Shown: in pieces, positions 15,846 through 26,028 of the stretch
How the letters are laid out: every line of letters starts with the position of its first letter
How positions within the stretch are numbered: position 1 is the stretch's first letter
Source of the DNA: a plasmid
Strand: one strand, 5' to 3'
Length of the DNA stretch: 43,513 nt
Sequence record: NZ_CP058956.1
The notes under the pieces: model-generated
What the model saw: the letters and a program-made list of their open reading frames with translations, nothing else
Told to the model about the DNA's origin: nothing
Databases searched by the model: none
Position numbers and translations under genes: made by a program

Positions 15846-16703
15846 CTATCTGCGTTTGCCGCCATTTTTGAGATAAAGTTTGTAGCTGGTCGTTGAATAG
15901 ATTTGAGAGACAATGCTGCGTACCTTACGAGAAAATAACCGCCACATCGCGTCATCTGGCAGCTTCTCGACTTCAAATAGAGTCTTGGGACGCAAACCTT
16001 TGCCAAACTTCCACTCAATCGTACTGCCATTGATCATATATGCTCGGCGCGTCATCGTGATTTCAGACATATTACCCTTTGGCAGCGGCTTGACATCTCC
16101 CACGTGATCCAGTCGAAAACGATACTGCCCGTCTTGAATTTGAACAGGTGGATAGATTGCCGTGCGATCAGGTGTTTCTACCGGCTGAAACATGGCCATG
16201 CGGCGGTTAGCCTGCTCATGACCGATATAATCAACCCATTCCTTGCGCATATCCTTGATAAATTGCTTTTTCTCATTTGGATTTCGTTTAAGGTTTAGCT
16301 GGTTTGCCCGTTCGTTGTATCGATTGGCAAATCCTTTAACCCATTCCTGCTCTTCGGGGGTCAAATCACTGAGACAAAGCGCGATCGTTCGTCGGTATGG
16401 CAGAAAGTTGTCAGCCACCCACCGATCAACATCCTCCTTGTTGAAATAGGTCCGGCAGCCCAGCACCGGCGCGTTAAAATAACGGACCGAACTCATCAGG
16501 TTGCGTTTGAGGAAATCCGCGCCAACCCAGAGCTTTTCTTCCAGTTCAAACTTCTTATATGAGTACTTCTCAAATGCGACAAAGCGCCGTTTCTGCTTGT
16601 GACTGGCAACCTCAACGTACTCGCCGGAATCGATAAGTTCGCCAGTTGCCTTGTCAAAAGCCTTCAGCGTATTGCCATCACGTTTGAATTCAAAATCTTC
16701 CAA
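15846..16703 (-). CDS. hypothetical protein (285 aa)
   Basis: Long ORF convergent with the endolysin gene. No recognisable motif. Confidence 0.45.
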   Translation of the reverse strand: MEDFEFKRDGNTLKAFDKATGELIDSGEYVEVASHKQKRRFVAFEKYSYKKFELEEKLWVGADFLKRNLMSSVRYFNAPVLGCRTYFNKEDVDRWVADNFLPYRRTIALCLSDLTPEEQEWVKGFANRYNERANQLNLKRNPNEKKQFIKDMRKEWVDYIGHEQANRRMAMFQPVETPDRTAIYPPVQIQDGQYRFRLDHVGDVKPLPKGNMSEITMTRRAYMINGSTIEWKFGKGLRPKTLFEVEKLPDDAMWRLFSRKVRSIVSQIYSTTSYKLYLKNGGKRR

Positions 16704-17051
16704 TGGTATATGTATCTCTCCCTAATTCTTGATGCCTAATGAATTGATTATACTATATTATAATGATTTTGAAACACCTATTTGTGCCAAGATTGAGGAA
16801 GTACGTCCTTGATTGCTGAGGATTGTTTTGAGAGTGAAGTGAAAGTAAATTTATACCACTTTAACTAACCTAACATCTAAATTCCCTTCAAACTATCTAT
16901 AAACTTGGTTAGGTATCGTGCTGCTTACCGCTTCATTACGGAAATATTCCGCGATGAGGCTCTTTTTGTTTACTGTAAACCGGAGAGCTAAAGAGAATAA
17001 AAAAGGGACCCCAAGCCGTGTTTGACGACTTAAGATCCACAGAAAGATTCT

Positions 17052-17226
17052 CCCAAAAAAGGAATTGCTTATGTTATTCAGAACTACCAGATGAGTATGC
17101 AGGCCCCATCACCAGGCTCGGCGACACGGAGCAGCAATAGGGCTCACCCGAGGCGACGGTAAGCATGGCACATGCGGCCCGCCGGAGGGGAGACCAGAGC
17201 GCGGAGTAAAGCCGAGCCTGGCAGCC
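17052..17226 (-). repeat. GC-rich structured repeat, copy 1 (shortest copy)
   Basis: Homologous to 28795-29006 (same orientation) and, in reverse complement, to 36901-37108 and 38861-39020. Shared core: 'gggctcac(c/t)cgaggcgacgg(t/c)aagcatggcacatgcggcccgccggag'. Confidence 0.7.
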
Positions 17227-17286
17227 AAATATTTTGACTGGTCCCCTGTCAATAAAATAGACAATTTAAATAGAGACTTTTTTGTC

Positions 17287-18165
17287 CTATGCCACGACTA
17301 AATTTTGAATTTGAGTTTGATACTCATCTTCAAGTTGCTTTGGTGATTTGAATCCACAGTGACTGTGAATTCTAACTGTGTTGTAAAACGTTTCAATGTA
17401 CTGAAAAACTAGTCGTTTAGCTTCGGAGTATGAATGGATTTTAAACCGATTTATCCATTCACGCTTAATCAAGGCGTGAAACGACTCAATGCAGGCATTA
17501 TCCCAAGGATAAGCTTTCTTTGAATAGCTTAATGTCATGCTAGCTGTAACTTGATTGTAAGCTTCAGACGTAAACTGACTACCACGATCACTGTGCATGA
17601 TTAATGGCTTGCTAATATGGCGACTGTGCTTAGTCTTTTCAATAAGTGGGATGACATTCGATACCTCCAAGGTTTCAGATAAGTCCCAACCAATGATCCG
17701 TCGGGAGTACAAGTCCATAATACTGGTTAAATAAACGAATCCGTCATGAACTGGAATATAAGTGGTGTCAATGCACCAAACGGCGTTTGGTCGCAATGGA
17801 TTGAACTGCTCGTCTAAAATATTTATTAGCTGTTTATCAAACTTAGAATTGCGAGTGGTAGTCGTCCAAGGGGTTAGGTAAACGGCGTGAATGCCAAGTT
17901 CACGCATATACTTACCAACAGTTCGTTCAGCGATCTTATATCCTTTTGAGCGAAGTTCTTGGGTGATTTTGCCGGCACCGTAAATACAAAGGCTTTTGAG
18001 CCAAATTGCTTTAATTTCACCTTGAATAAACTTCTTCCGAAGCTTTCGCGGTGATTGGTGATTATGACGCTTTTCTCGTTGATAGTAACCACTTCTTGAG
18101 ATTCCAACATAATCACACATACCATTGATGGAAGGGTGGGATTCCAAAGCGTGCTGAACGTCCAT
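17287..18165 (-). CDS. IS3-family transposase OrfB (DDE integrase domain)
   Basis: 292 aa with the DDE region 'WCIDTTYIP...HSDRGSQFTS...DNACIESFHALIKRE'. Confidence 0.85.
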   Translation of the reverse strand: MDVQHALESHPSINGMCDYVGISRSGYYQREKRHNHQSPRKLRKKFIQGEIKAIWLKSLCIYGAGKITQELRSKGYKIAERTVGKYMRELGIHAVYLTPWTTTTRNSKFDKQLINILDEQFNPLRPNAVWCIDTTYIPVHDGFVYLTSIMDLYSRRIIGWDLSETLEVSNVIPLIEKTKHSRHISKPLIMHSDRGSQFTSEAYNQVTASMTLSYSKKAYPWDNACIESFHALIKREWINRFKIHSYSEAKRLVFQYIETFYNTVRIHSHCGFKSPKQLEDEYQTQIQNLVVA

Positions 18166-18188
18166 TTCTTGGTATACCTTTTCGGTAG

Positions 18189-18491
18189 TTACTTGCTCAG
18201 AATCCCGATTGATTTTTTTAATACTTCGATCGCTCCTTCAGCGTCACGAAGTTGACGCTTTAGTCGTGCAATCTCCTTGTCCTTATCGCTGGCAAAATTA
18301 CCAGAGCCACGGCCAAACTCCCCAGTCTCAGTAAACAGCTTAATCCATTTATGTAATGTACTAGCCCCAATACCTAGATTCTTACTTATTTCATTCATGG
18401 TCATGTGATCCTTGTTATCTAAGTAATACTGAACGGCCTGTTCCTTAAATTCCTTGTCATAACTGTGCTTCGTCATTATTTGATCCTCCAA
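18189..18491 (-). CDS. IS3-family transposase OrfA (HTH)
   Basis: 100 aa with HTH 'MNEISKNLGIGASTLHKWIK' and a leucine-zipper-like C-terminus. Confidence 0.85.
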   Translation of the reverse strand: MEDQIMTKHSYDKEFKEQAVQYYLDNKDHMTMNEISKNLGIGASTLHKWIKLFTETGEFGRGSGNFASDKDKEIARLKRQLRDAEGAIEVLKKSIGILSK

Positions 18492-18619
18492 TTTACTTCC
18501 TTAATTATACTAAATCAGAGTCTCTATTTAACTTGTACACTTTTTATTCTAGGCCCAACAACTCCAAAAAGAAGGACAGGTTTCGATAAATCATGATGGA
18601 GTATTTGAAGGAGGAACTA

Positions 18620-19087
18620 ATGACAAAACAGCAAGGCCACATACGTTTTGGGGTGACTGCAAGAAGAAACCATCCAATTAAAATCAGATATTTCAAACGT
18701 CTAAATGAAACGTTTCCAGATAATCGAAACCATATTAATGCAAAAGGAGACTTCTTCGTATATGCACAATTAAGGGCTAATAGCAACGGATCGAAGTATT
18801 CGGTTGTATTCATTTCCAAAGGATGGAGCATATCCGTTAGAGTCTATAGTCCTTTTTTTCAAAAAGAAGATCTCCTCAAAATTCCACACATTTTTGTAAG
18901 CAAGTCAAATTCAGAGCATGGTTATGTTTCACTATGCCTATATAAAAATAATTTTGGCCATGCTGAATTCAGATTTGGGGACAGACTGGATACTTCGATC
19001 ATAGCCTGGACAAAAGAATGGCTTTATTTTTACGAACTATTTTTAATTACTGGGAGATGGTATGGAAATGGTGAGCATCCACAATAA
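18620..19087 (+). CDS. hypothetical protein (AT-rich cassette, gene 1)
   Basis: ATG at 18620 with RBS 'aaggagg' 6 nt upstream. The ORF track shows an alternative upstream start at 18593. About 155 aa, with no motif I can assign. Confidence 0.45.
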   Translation: MTKQQGHIRFGVTARRNHPIKIRYFKRLNETFPDNRNHINAKGDFFVYAQLRANSNGSKYSVVFISKGWSISVRVYSPFFQKEDLLKIPHIFVSKSNSEHGYVSLCLYKNNFGHAEFRFGDRLDTSIIAWTKEWLYFYELFLITGRWYGNGEHPQ

Positions 19088-19919
19088 CAAAAATAATCTA
19101 AGAGAGGTAAAGACTTATAGATTTATAGCTCTCCAAACTAAACCTCTCATAGCAACAATTTCATTAGCATCCACGATTTACTATTTTTTTCGAAACGTTT
19201 CAAAAGTCACTCTCAACACTCTTGGTATTGACTATAAGCTATCAATACATCCCTGGTTTATTAGGCTCTTTATTTCCCTAATCCTATCCTATTACGCAAT
19301 GCTCATTATCTTTAAATTCATCGGAAAAGAAAGATTATTGCTCCCAAACACGTATTACTTAGTACCTTCATTTATCATTAAGCTTGCAGCTGCGATAGGT
19401 TATTGTCATAAGGGGAGCGCGGCCAATATTCCAACTTGGCAATATATTGATTACCTATATAATAATTGGGCCAGATTATCTATTGACGTTCCAGAAGTAA
19501 TAGATGCCAGTAAAGATACTTCAATCAAAGTATCAGAAATAAGGAGTGATGCTGAGGATGACAAAATCCTTTCAATTATTATTTCCGATACCTATCCTAT
19601 AAATTTGAATACATTACCTTCAACTATCAAAAACCATAGCTATGTCGTCTTGCAAACTATGATCAATGGCAAAGTTAACCTAGGAAGACGAGCCTATAAT
19701 CCAGAATTAGTCAAAATTTTCATAGATCAAGTAAATAAATCTAAGGAAAATGGCATTACAACAATTCAACTGTTGTCTAACACCAATCCTAAACACATTA
19801 AGGAAATAATGAGGGAAGCCTTTTGCAATGCTGGACGCAGTCATATAAAACACCTTGTAGTATATGAAAATCCTAGAGAGAATAATTATAATTTTACAAA
19901 ACGCCACAATATTTTCTAA
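19062..19919 (+). CDS. hypothetical membrane protein (2 N-terminal TM helices plus a soluble domain; AT-rich cassette, gene 2)
   Basis: 285 aa. RBS 'gggagatgg' lies upstream. Its start overlaps the end of the previous ORF by 26 nt. Confidence 0.5.
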   Translation: MEMVSIHNNKNNLREVKTYRFIALQTKPLIATISLASTIYYFFRNVSKVTLNTLGIDYKLSIHPWFIRLFISLILSYYAMLIIFKFIGKERLLLPNTYYLVPSFIIKLAAAIGYCHKGSAANIPTWQYIDYLYNNWARLSIDVPEVIDASKDTSIKVSEIRSDAEDDKILSIIISDTYPINLNTLPSTIKNHSYVVLQTMINGKVNLGRRAYNPELVKIFIDQVNKSKENGITTIQLLSNTNPKHIKEIMREAFCNAGRSHIKHLVVYENPRENNYNFTKRHNIF

Positions 19920-20044
19920 ATCGTCCTACTACACGTTTAAAAAATTCTAAAATCGTAAATTTATAGACTCATTTTCCAAATAATCATTGAAAAAATACCG
20001 AGCAGAACTAGCTAAAGAGACTATTTCCGTTCGGTATTTTATTA

Positions 20045-21238
20045 TTAATTCAATTTATCCAAGAAACTCGTGCCGTGTAGGGCCTTGAGATGGAAGTTAT
20101 CCAAAATCGTGGCGCCAAGATCGGCATACGTTGAGCGAACGCCGAGGCTGCCGGACGTCTGCATCTTTGCCGACCAAGCCAGCAGCGGTACTTCCTCGCG
20201 CGTGTGATCCGTGCCCTTGAAACATGGATCATTGCCGTGGTCAGCCGTAATCAGCAGCAGATCATCAGGACGCAGCGCCGCCAGAACATGACCCAAACGC
20301 TGATCAAAGTCCATCAGCGCCTGACCAAAGCCCTTTGGATCGCGGCGGTGGCCATACATGGTGTCAAAGTCGACCAGGTTCGTGAAGCAGAAGCCAGTGA
20401 AGTCCTTTTCCAGCGCCTCATCAACGTGATCCATCCCGTCCATGTTGCTTTCGTTATGGTAAGCCTGATCAATGCCGCGACCAGAGAAGATGTCGTTGGT
20501 CTTGCCAATCGCGATGACCTTGTAGCCAGCCTCGTGCAGCAGGTCCAGATCCGTCTTGCCGGTTGGCTCTAGACTGAAGTCATGTCGGTTGGCTGTCCGT
20601 GCGAAGTGGTTCTTGTCCGGTCCTACGAAAGGCCGCGCGATGACCCGACCAACGATGTACTCCGGCCCGTTTACAAGCGTCCGCGCGTAACGGCAGATGT
20701 CATACAGTTCTTCCAGCGGGATGACGTCCTCATGCGCCGCGATCTGCATCACAGAATCGCCGGAAGTGTAGATGATCAGCTCGCCAGTGTCCATTTGACG
20801 CTCGCCATAGTCATGAATGACCTGCGTGCCAGAGTATGGTTTATTGACGATTACTGGGCGGCCCGAGTACTGCTCAATCTTTTCGATAATCTCGTCTGGA
20901 AAGCCATCAGGGAACGTCGACAGCTCTTTTTCAACGGGCAGGCCCATCATTTCCCAGTGACCGTCCATACTGTCTTTACCGGCGGAAATCTCATCCATAC
21001 GGCCATACCATCCCAGCGGCTTATCAGCGGCGGGGATGCCCTCTATTGGTGCCACGCGCAGATTGCTCAGACCCAGCTTAGCCAGGTTAGGCAGCTTTAG
21101 CGCACCCTTCCAGGCATGACCAAGATCGCCCAGCGTATCAGCGCCCTCATCACCAAACTTGGCCGCGTCAGGCGCATTGCCCGTCCCAACCGAGTCCAGC
21201 ACGATAGCAAAAACGCGTTTGAATTTTGGCTCCGTCAT
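20045..21238 (-). CDS. deoB: phosphopentomutase
   Basis: 397 aa. '[30 protein letters not shown]' matches the DeoB alkaline-phosphatase-superfamily N-terminus. Confidence 0.85.
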   Translation of the reverse strand: MTEPKFKRVFAIVLDSVGTGNAPDAAKFGDEGADTLGDLGHAWKGALKLPNLAKLGLSNLRVAPIEGIPAADKPLGWYGRMDEISAGKDSMDGHWEMMGLPVEKELSTFPDGFPDEIIEKIEQYSGRPVIVNKPYSGTQVIHDYGERQMDTGELIIYTSGDSVMQIAAHEDVIPLEELYDICRYARTLVNGPEYIVGRVIARPFVGPDKNHFARTANRHDFSLEPTGKTDLDLLHEAGYKVIAIGKTNDIFSGRGIDQAYHNESNMDGMDHVDEALEKDFTGFCFTNLVDFDTMYGHRRDPKGFGQALMDFDQRLGHVLAALRPDDLLLITADHGNDPCFKGTDHTREEVPLLAWSAKMQTSGSLGVRSTYADLGATILDNFHLKALHGTSFLDKLN

Positions 21239-21978
21239 TACTTGTCACCGTCCTTGCCGGCACCACCTTCATTGTCGGCCTCACCGCTAGCCCAAACCTT
21301 CGTAGCGTACAGCGAGTTGAACAGCAGCGCGAACTGCAATGCGATTTGTGACAGGCTGGCACCCAGTGAGCCGATGTGGTTGGTCCCCATCATCGTTTGA
21401 ACGGCTAAGATGCCCCAGTAGATGATGTTGGCACCGTTGACGATGATCCACAGCGACCAGTTTTCTTGGTACTTCATAATGTAGAGCAGCTGTGCGATAA
21501 AGCTGACGACAAAGTTGATGGAGTCAAAGTATGGCAGCTGGCCGTGAACCATCGCCAGAACCCACCAGCCGATTGCCCAGGCAACGAACGCGCCCAGGAA
21601 GATCAAGCGGCGAACTTTTGGCGAAAAGCGCTTGGTAGCCTCATCATGACCCCACATGTACCATCCAATCGGCTGCGAGATTACGTAGAAGATGTCCATC
21701 GCAAACGATCCATAAGCGTGACTGATCCACGCAATGTAGGTCATGGCCAGACATTGAACGATCCCGAAGATGAACGTAATCTTACGCCCTTTCATCCCAT
21801 AGACCAGACAAAGCGTCCCTGCGACCCCAGAAATCATCCCGATAATGCTGTCGGGAACGATGAGATAGACGATAATCTGCAATGCCACCAATACGCTAAC
21901 ATAAATAATTTCAAACTTCTTCCAGTTGGTAAACAGCTGATTGTACAGCCAGCTGTGGTGTGCTTGCGTTTGTCCCAT
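21238..21978 (-). CDS. pnuC: PnuC-family nicotinamide riboside / nucleoside transporter
   Basis: Polytopic membrane protein. I prefer the ATG at 21978 with RBS 'gggggaa' over the GTG at 22023 used by the ORF track. Confidence 0.65.
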   Translation of the reverse strand: MGQTQAHHSWLYNQLFTNWKKFEIIYVSVLVALQIIVYLIVPDSIIGMISGVAGTLCLVYGMKGRKITFIFGIVQCLAMTYIAWISHAYGSFAMDIFYVISQPIGWYMWGHDEATKRFSPKVRRLIFLGAFVAWAIGWWVLAMVHGQLPYFDSINFVVSFIAQLLYIMKYQENWSLWIIVNGANIIYWGILAVQTMMGTNHIGSLGASLSQIALQFALLFNSLYATKVWASGEADNEGGAGKDGDK

Positions 21979-22023
21979 TATTGATTCCCCCGTTTCTTTT
22001 CTATTCTTTAATTGAATCGTCAC

Positions 22024-22734
22024 TCAGAATGTCCATGGCCAGTTTGAGCGATGCGATTTCCCTTTAGCCATCAGTTCCTCGCCATCGACCAGACTGTTGA
22101 CGCCGGCCGCCAAATCACCTTCATAGAGCACGACATTGTTTAGAATCGACAGCGTCTCCATGCCACGCAGGCGTCCAATCGTCATCATCGCGCCAGATTC
22201 CATGTCTGCGCCCACGATGCCCTTGGATGACCAGTAGGCTTCGGTTTCCGCGTTGTCATCCATGTAGAAGCCATCGTGCGAGCGAATAATGCCATAGACT
22301 GCGTCAGAAGCGTACTTGTGAGCCAGTGTCATCAATTTGAAAGAAGGTACGGCTGGGTACATTGCCGGCACGTATTGCTTGGTCAGACCATCGTCACGAA
22401 CGGCGCCTTCGCCAATGATCAGCTCGCCCAGACCGATTCCCGTCTGCATGGCACCGGCTGAGCCAACCCGAATGACTTTTTTGACGCCAACGTTGTGCAG
22501 CTCTTCAACGCCAATTCCGGCTGATGGCGCGCCGATACCCGTTGACATCAGCAGAATGCGCTGACCGCGATATTCGCCGATCACAGACTTGTATTCGCGG
22601 TTGTATGCCCATTCCTTGGCATTATCCAACAATTTAGCCGCTTTGTCGACACGAGCCGGGTCACCCATGATGATTGCCCGATCAGTATTGATTGCCGTCG
22701 TCAGTTGCGTGTGTGGTTGTACTTCTTCACTCAT
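22024..22734 (-). CDS. deoD: purine-nucleoside phosphorylase, DeoD type (the last roughly 15 codons are probably frameshifted)
   Basis: 236 aa of the PNP/UDP_1 family ('MSTGIGAPSAGIGVEEL...VGSAGA'). An alternative frame from about 22063 to 22001 gives a more plausible C-terminus '...IASLKLAMDILSDDSIKE*'. Confidence 0.75.
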   Translation of the reverse strand: MSEEVQPHTQLTTAINTDRAIIMGDPARVDKAAKLLDNAKEWAYNREYKSVIGEYRGQRILLMSTGIGAPSAGIGVEELHNVGVKKVIRVGSAGAMQTGIGLGELIIGEGAVRDDGLTKQYVPAMYPAVPSFKLMTLAHKYASDAVYGIIRSHDGFYMDDNAETEAYWSSKGIVGADMESGAMMTIGRLRGMETLSILNNVVLYEGDLAAGVNSLVDGEELMAKGKSHRSNWPWTF

Positions 22735-22736
22735 TG

Positions 22737-23402
22737 CTATTCCTCCGTTTTGATAATCCGCTGTAGTTCCTCAACATTCAAAATCTTGATGGCAGGCTTT
22801 GAAGCATCAATGATTCCAAGCTCTGACAGCCGTTTAAGAACCCGATTGATATTGCGGTATGACGTGTCGACCTCGTATGTCAGCTGCTCGCGCGAGATTA
22901 GCCGTTTTTCCTTAGCCGAACGCATCAGCTCCAGACCGATCTGCTGCATGGCTGAATACAGGCTGTAGCGCTCCGTCCGTTTGGTAAGATGATAGACCTG
23001 TTCGGAAAGGTAGCTGATCATCCGGTTGGCAAATTGCTGATCGTTATTCAGCCAGGCCACGAAATCCCGGTTGTCAATCTTCAGCAGCCGCACCGGCGTG
23101 ATATTAATGATCGACGCGCTGTAAGGCTTGTTGATCACCGCTTCCTGCTCGCCAAGAAACATCCCCGGCCGGTAGACATCCAGCACTACCGACTTGCCGT
23201 TTGCCGAATCCAGATACACCTTGACTCGACCCGCGACCAGCAGATACGTTTCATCATATGATTCGCCTTGCCGCAGATTAAATTCACCAATCTCAAACTC
23301 GACGACCCGCATGCGCTCAATGATTTTTAAAGGAGCGTTGGCCATGACTTTATGAACGGCTGGGTCCGAGTTGATTGCCGCGTATATCTTTTCAATGCTC
23401 AT
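22737..23402 (-). CDS. Crp/Fnr-family transcriptional regulator (cNMP-binding plus HTH)
   Basis: 221 aa with C-terminal HTH 'SYRNINRVLKRLSELGII'. First gene of the deo operon. Confidence 0.8.
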   Translation of the reverse strand: MSIEKIYAAINSDPAVHKVMANAPLKIIERMRVVEFEIGEFNLRQGESYDETYLLVAGRVKVYLDSANGKSVVLDVYRPGMFLGEQEAVINKPYSASIINITPVRLLKIDNRDFVAWLNNDQQFANRMISYLSEQVYHLTKRTERYSLYSAMQQIGLELMRSAKEKRLISREQLTYEVDTSYRNINRVLKRLSELGIIDASKPAIKILNVEELQRIIKTEE

Positions 23403-23719
23403 AGTTCTGCCCTCTCATTACTTAATATGATACGTAAATCTACTTACTGATTCTATGACACCGGTCCCTAAAATGATAGCGGTTTCAGAAAAATGGTGGA
23501 TTTTTTGTTCGTTTTTGAGGACATATGTCTTGAGCATAAAAATTGTCGAAATGATTGATTAAGAAGTACCAGAAATAACTTGAGCCCTTAGAATTAGTAC
23601 TACCTAACTCTAAGGGCTCGACTTTAAGCAATATTCCCTTTTCCTAAACTTACTGAAAGTTTTAAATTGAACCTAAAATATTATTTACTGTATCATTTTT
23701 CGAACTAATCTCCAAAAAT

Positions 23720-25071
23720 GGGAGTGTAAAATATTTTGTGTAAATTTCTAAATTAAATTGAAAAGGGAAAGCCTTCCCCGTATGATTAAATCGCTAAACA
23801 CAATCAAAACGGAGGCTTTCCCTATGAACCAGTTTAACAAAGAAATTCTTGACGCGCTATCTTCTGACTCTAAAACATCATTAAAAGATGTCTTTCGCAA
23901 TCAGTTAGAACAAACCGTCAATACATTACTTCAAGAAGAATTGTCGGCAGTCTTAGGCTACCAACCCTATGAGCGTAACGACAGTTCCGCTCATGGGGAC
24001 AACGCCAGAAACGGATCGTATCAGCGAACCATCGATACTGAATTTGGACCAATCAATATTACGGTTCCGCGCGATCGTAAGAATAAATTTCGTAACGCTT
24101 TATTCGAACCATATTCACGGCGGACAGATACTCTGGAATCGATGATCATTAAAATGTATTCCAAAGGCATCACGACTCGTGAAATAGCTGATTTAGTTGA
24201 GCGCATGTATGGCGATTACTATTCACCAACTACCGTTTCAAATATTACTAAGCAAGTTGGCAACTTGGTTGAAGAGTTTCATAACAGGACCTTTAAGCAC
24301 TCACAGTATGTTTGCGTGTTCTTAGACGCTACTTATATTCCGCTCAAGCGCGGAACTGTTGAGCGCGAAGCGGTTAATATCGCGATTGGAATTCGTAGTG
24401 ACGGCGGTAAAGAAGTCTTAGACTTCTCGGTAGCACCAAACGAAAATGGTGAAGCATGGCGTGAACTACTTGAAAGTTTACGCAATCGAGGAATTGAACA
24501 GGTTCAGTTATTCATCGCCGATGGTTTTATTGGGCTCGAAAATGTGATTGCAGAAATTTATCCAACCGCTAAGTTTCAGCGCTGCTTAGTCCATGTGCTT
24601 CGTAACCTCACATCACATGTGCGAAAAAGCGATATGCGAGATTTGATGAGCGAATTTAAAGAAATTCGCCAATCTGAATCACTTGAAGAAGCAAAACAAG
24701 CTTTAGATAACTTCATTTTGAAATGGAAAAGCAAATATAGCAACCAGATGCGAAAATTGGGTAAGTTAAGTAACTTATTCACCTTCTACGAATTTCCGCC
24801 AAGCATTCGGGCATCAATTTACTCAACAAATTTGATTGAAGCTTTCAACAAAAAGTTGAAGAAGAAAATTCGCCAGAAGGAGCAGTTTCCAAATGAGGAT
24901 GCCCTTCAACGATTCGTGACAACTCAAATTCTAGAATACAATGACAAGTTCGAAGAACGAGCACATCGTGGATTTCGAGGAAGCAAGGATACCTTGGATT
25001 CCATGTTTATTTAAGTAAGCATTTCATACAAAGAAGGATTTTCAAAAGTACACAAAATTATTGACACTCTC
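23720..25071 (+). mobile_element. IS256-family insertion sequence, copy B (1352 bp), identical to copy A and inverted relative to it
   Basis: Same IRs as copy A. Flanked by the 8-bp direct repeat 'ccaaaaat' at 23712-23719 and 25072-25079. Confidence 0.9.
23758..25014 (+). CDS. IS256-family transposase
   Basis: 418 aa, identical to the ORF at 4568-5824. Confidence 0.9.
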   Translation: MKRESLPRMIKSLNTIKTEAFPMNQFNKEILDALSSDSKTSLKDVFRNQLEQTVNTLLQEELSAVLGYQPYERNDSSAHGDNARNGSYQRTIDTEFGPINITVPRDRKNKFRNALFEPYSRRTDTLESMIIKMYSKGITTREIADLVERMYGDYYSPTTVSNITKQVGNLVEEFHNRTFKHSQYVCVFLDATYIPLKRGTVEREAVNIAIGIRSDGGKEVLDFSVAPNENGEAWRELLESLRNRGIEQVQLFIADGFIGLENVIAEIYPTAKFQRCLVHVLRNLTSHVRKSDMRDLMSEFKEIRQSESLEEAKQALDNFILKWKSKYSNQMRKLGKLSNLFTFYEFPPSIRASIYSTNLIEAFNKKLKKKIRQKEQFPNEDALQRFVTTQILEYNDKFEERAHRGFRGSKDTLDSMFI

Positions 25072-25188
25072 CCAAAAATCGCAAATAGAATTAATATGCT
25101 TGAACAAATAAGTAATTTCTTCTTTGGCATTAATGATTCATACCAATCGTGATCTTACTTATTCAAAAGGCCTCAACAACTATTTATT

Positions 25189-25824
25189 TTAAAGTTTATG
25201 TTTAGAAATAGAATTAGATACCAATTGAAGCTTTTGATCAATATAATCTTGTGCTTTTTCCATTTTTACTTGGATTCTATATTTATATATCTGTATGTAG
25301 GTACCATACATTCTATTCATAATTGCCAATGCTACATCCTCATCCAAAAGGCTATTTTCTCCATTTGTTCGTAACTGATAATCCTTTTTAAAAAATTCTA
25401 AAAAATTTGCTTCACTATACTCATCGCCTTTATCTGCATTCATAGAATAGACAGACATCGTAAACACATTATCATCATTAAAATTATTAGCTATTATCTC
25501 TTTAGTATCATGTACCGACTCTCTGTAACTAGTAAATTCGTTTTCAATATTGATTATCTTAGACATGCTATTTTTTAAAAAAATCGGTGCAATCTTCTTA
25601 TTATTGTCTTTAATTTCAAGATTCCAGTTATCCATAAGTTCATTAAACTCTGACCATTGTTCGATAAGAGATGCCAGGTTATCTGCGTAATTTTTAAGTT
25701 GATTATATATTATCTTATTTTTTTCTCGTCTATTTCCAAGATGTATATTAATAAAATACGAGATAGCAACCGATATAATTCCCGTCAAAATGCAACTAAT
25801 TACCATGCTCGACATAAATAACAT
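25189..25824 (-). CDS. hypothetical N-terminally membrane-anchored protein (very AT-rich)
   Basis: 211 aa with an N-terminal TM helix 'MVISCILTGIISVAISYFINI'. Confidence 0.45.
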   Translation of the reverse strand: MLFMSSMVISCILTGIISVAISYFINIHLGNRREKNKIIYNQLKNYADNLASLIEQWSEFNELMDNWNLEIKDNNKKIAPIFLKNSMSKIINIENEFTSYRESVHDTKEIIANNFNDDNVFTMSVYSMNADKGDEYSEANFLEFFKKDYQLRTNGENSLLDEDVALAIMNRMYGTYIQIYKYRIQVKMEKAQDYIDQKLQLVSNSISKHKL

Positions 25825-26028
25825 AACCTCTTTCTATGACGGTCCTTTATTGATATATAAAAGCATACCATAATGTCGATGGCAGTCTTAAAATATGTGA
25901 AAAATAATGAGGCACCTCTTTACTTATTACTTAGCGAGGCACCTCATTTCTTCTTACTATATTTATTAGCCGTATTCATAACATAATGACTTTTTAACTG
26001 CTCTCATTTTATCAATTGATTGCCCATC

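Larger units (their letters stand above)
17257..18539 (-). mobile_element. IS3-family insertion sequence (IS150-group-like)
   Basis: Terminal inverted repeats 'TGTACAAGTTAAATAGAGACT' (18539 end) and 'ATAGACAATTTAAATAGAGACT' (17257 end). It encodes orfA and orfB with an A7 slippery run at 18224-18230, consistent with a -1 programmed frameshift. Confidence 0.75.

Noticed and set aside
4503-25079. Composite transposon formed by the two IS256 copies
   Set aside because: Each copy has its own matching 8-bp target duplication ('tagaattt' and 'ccaaaaat'), and the outermost flanks differ. The copies are independent insertions, not one composite transposition.
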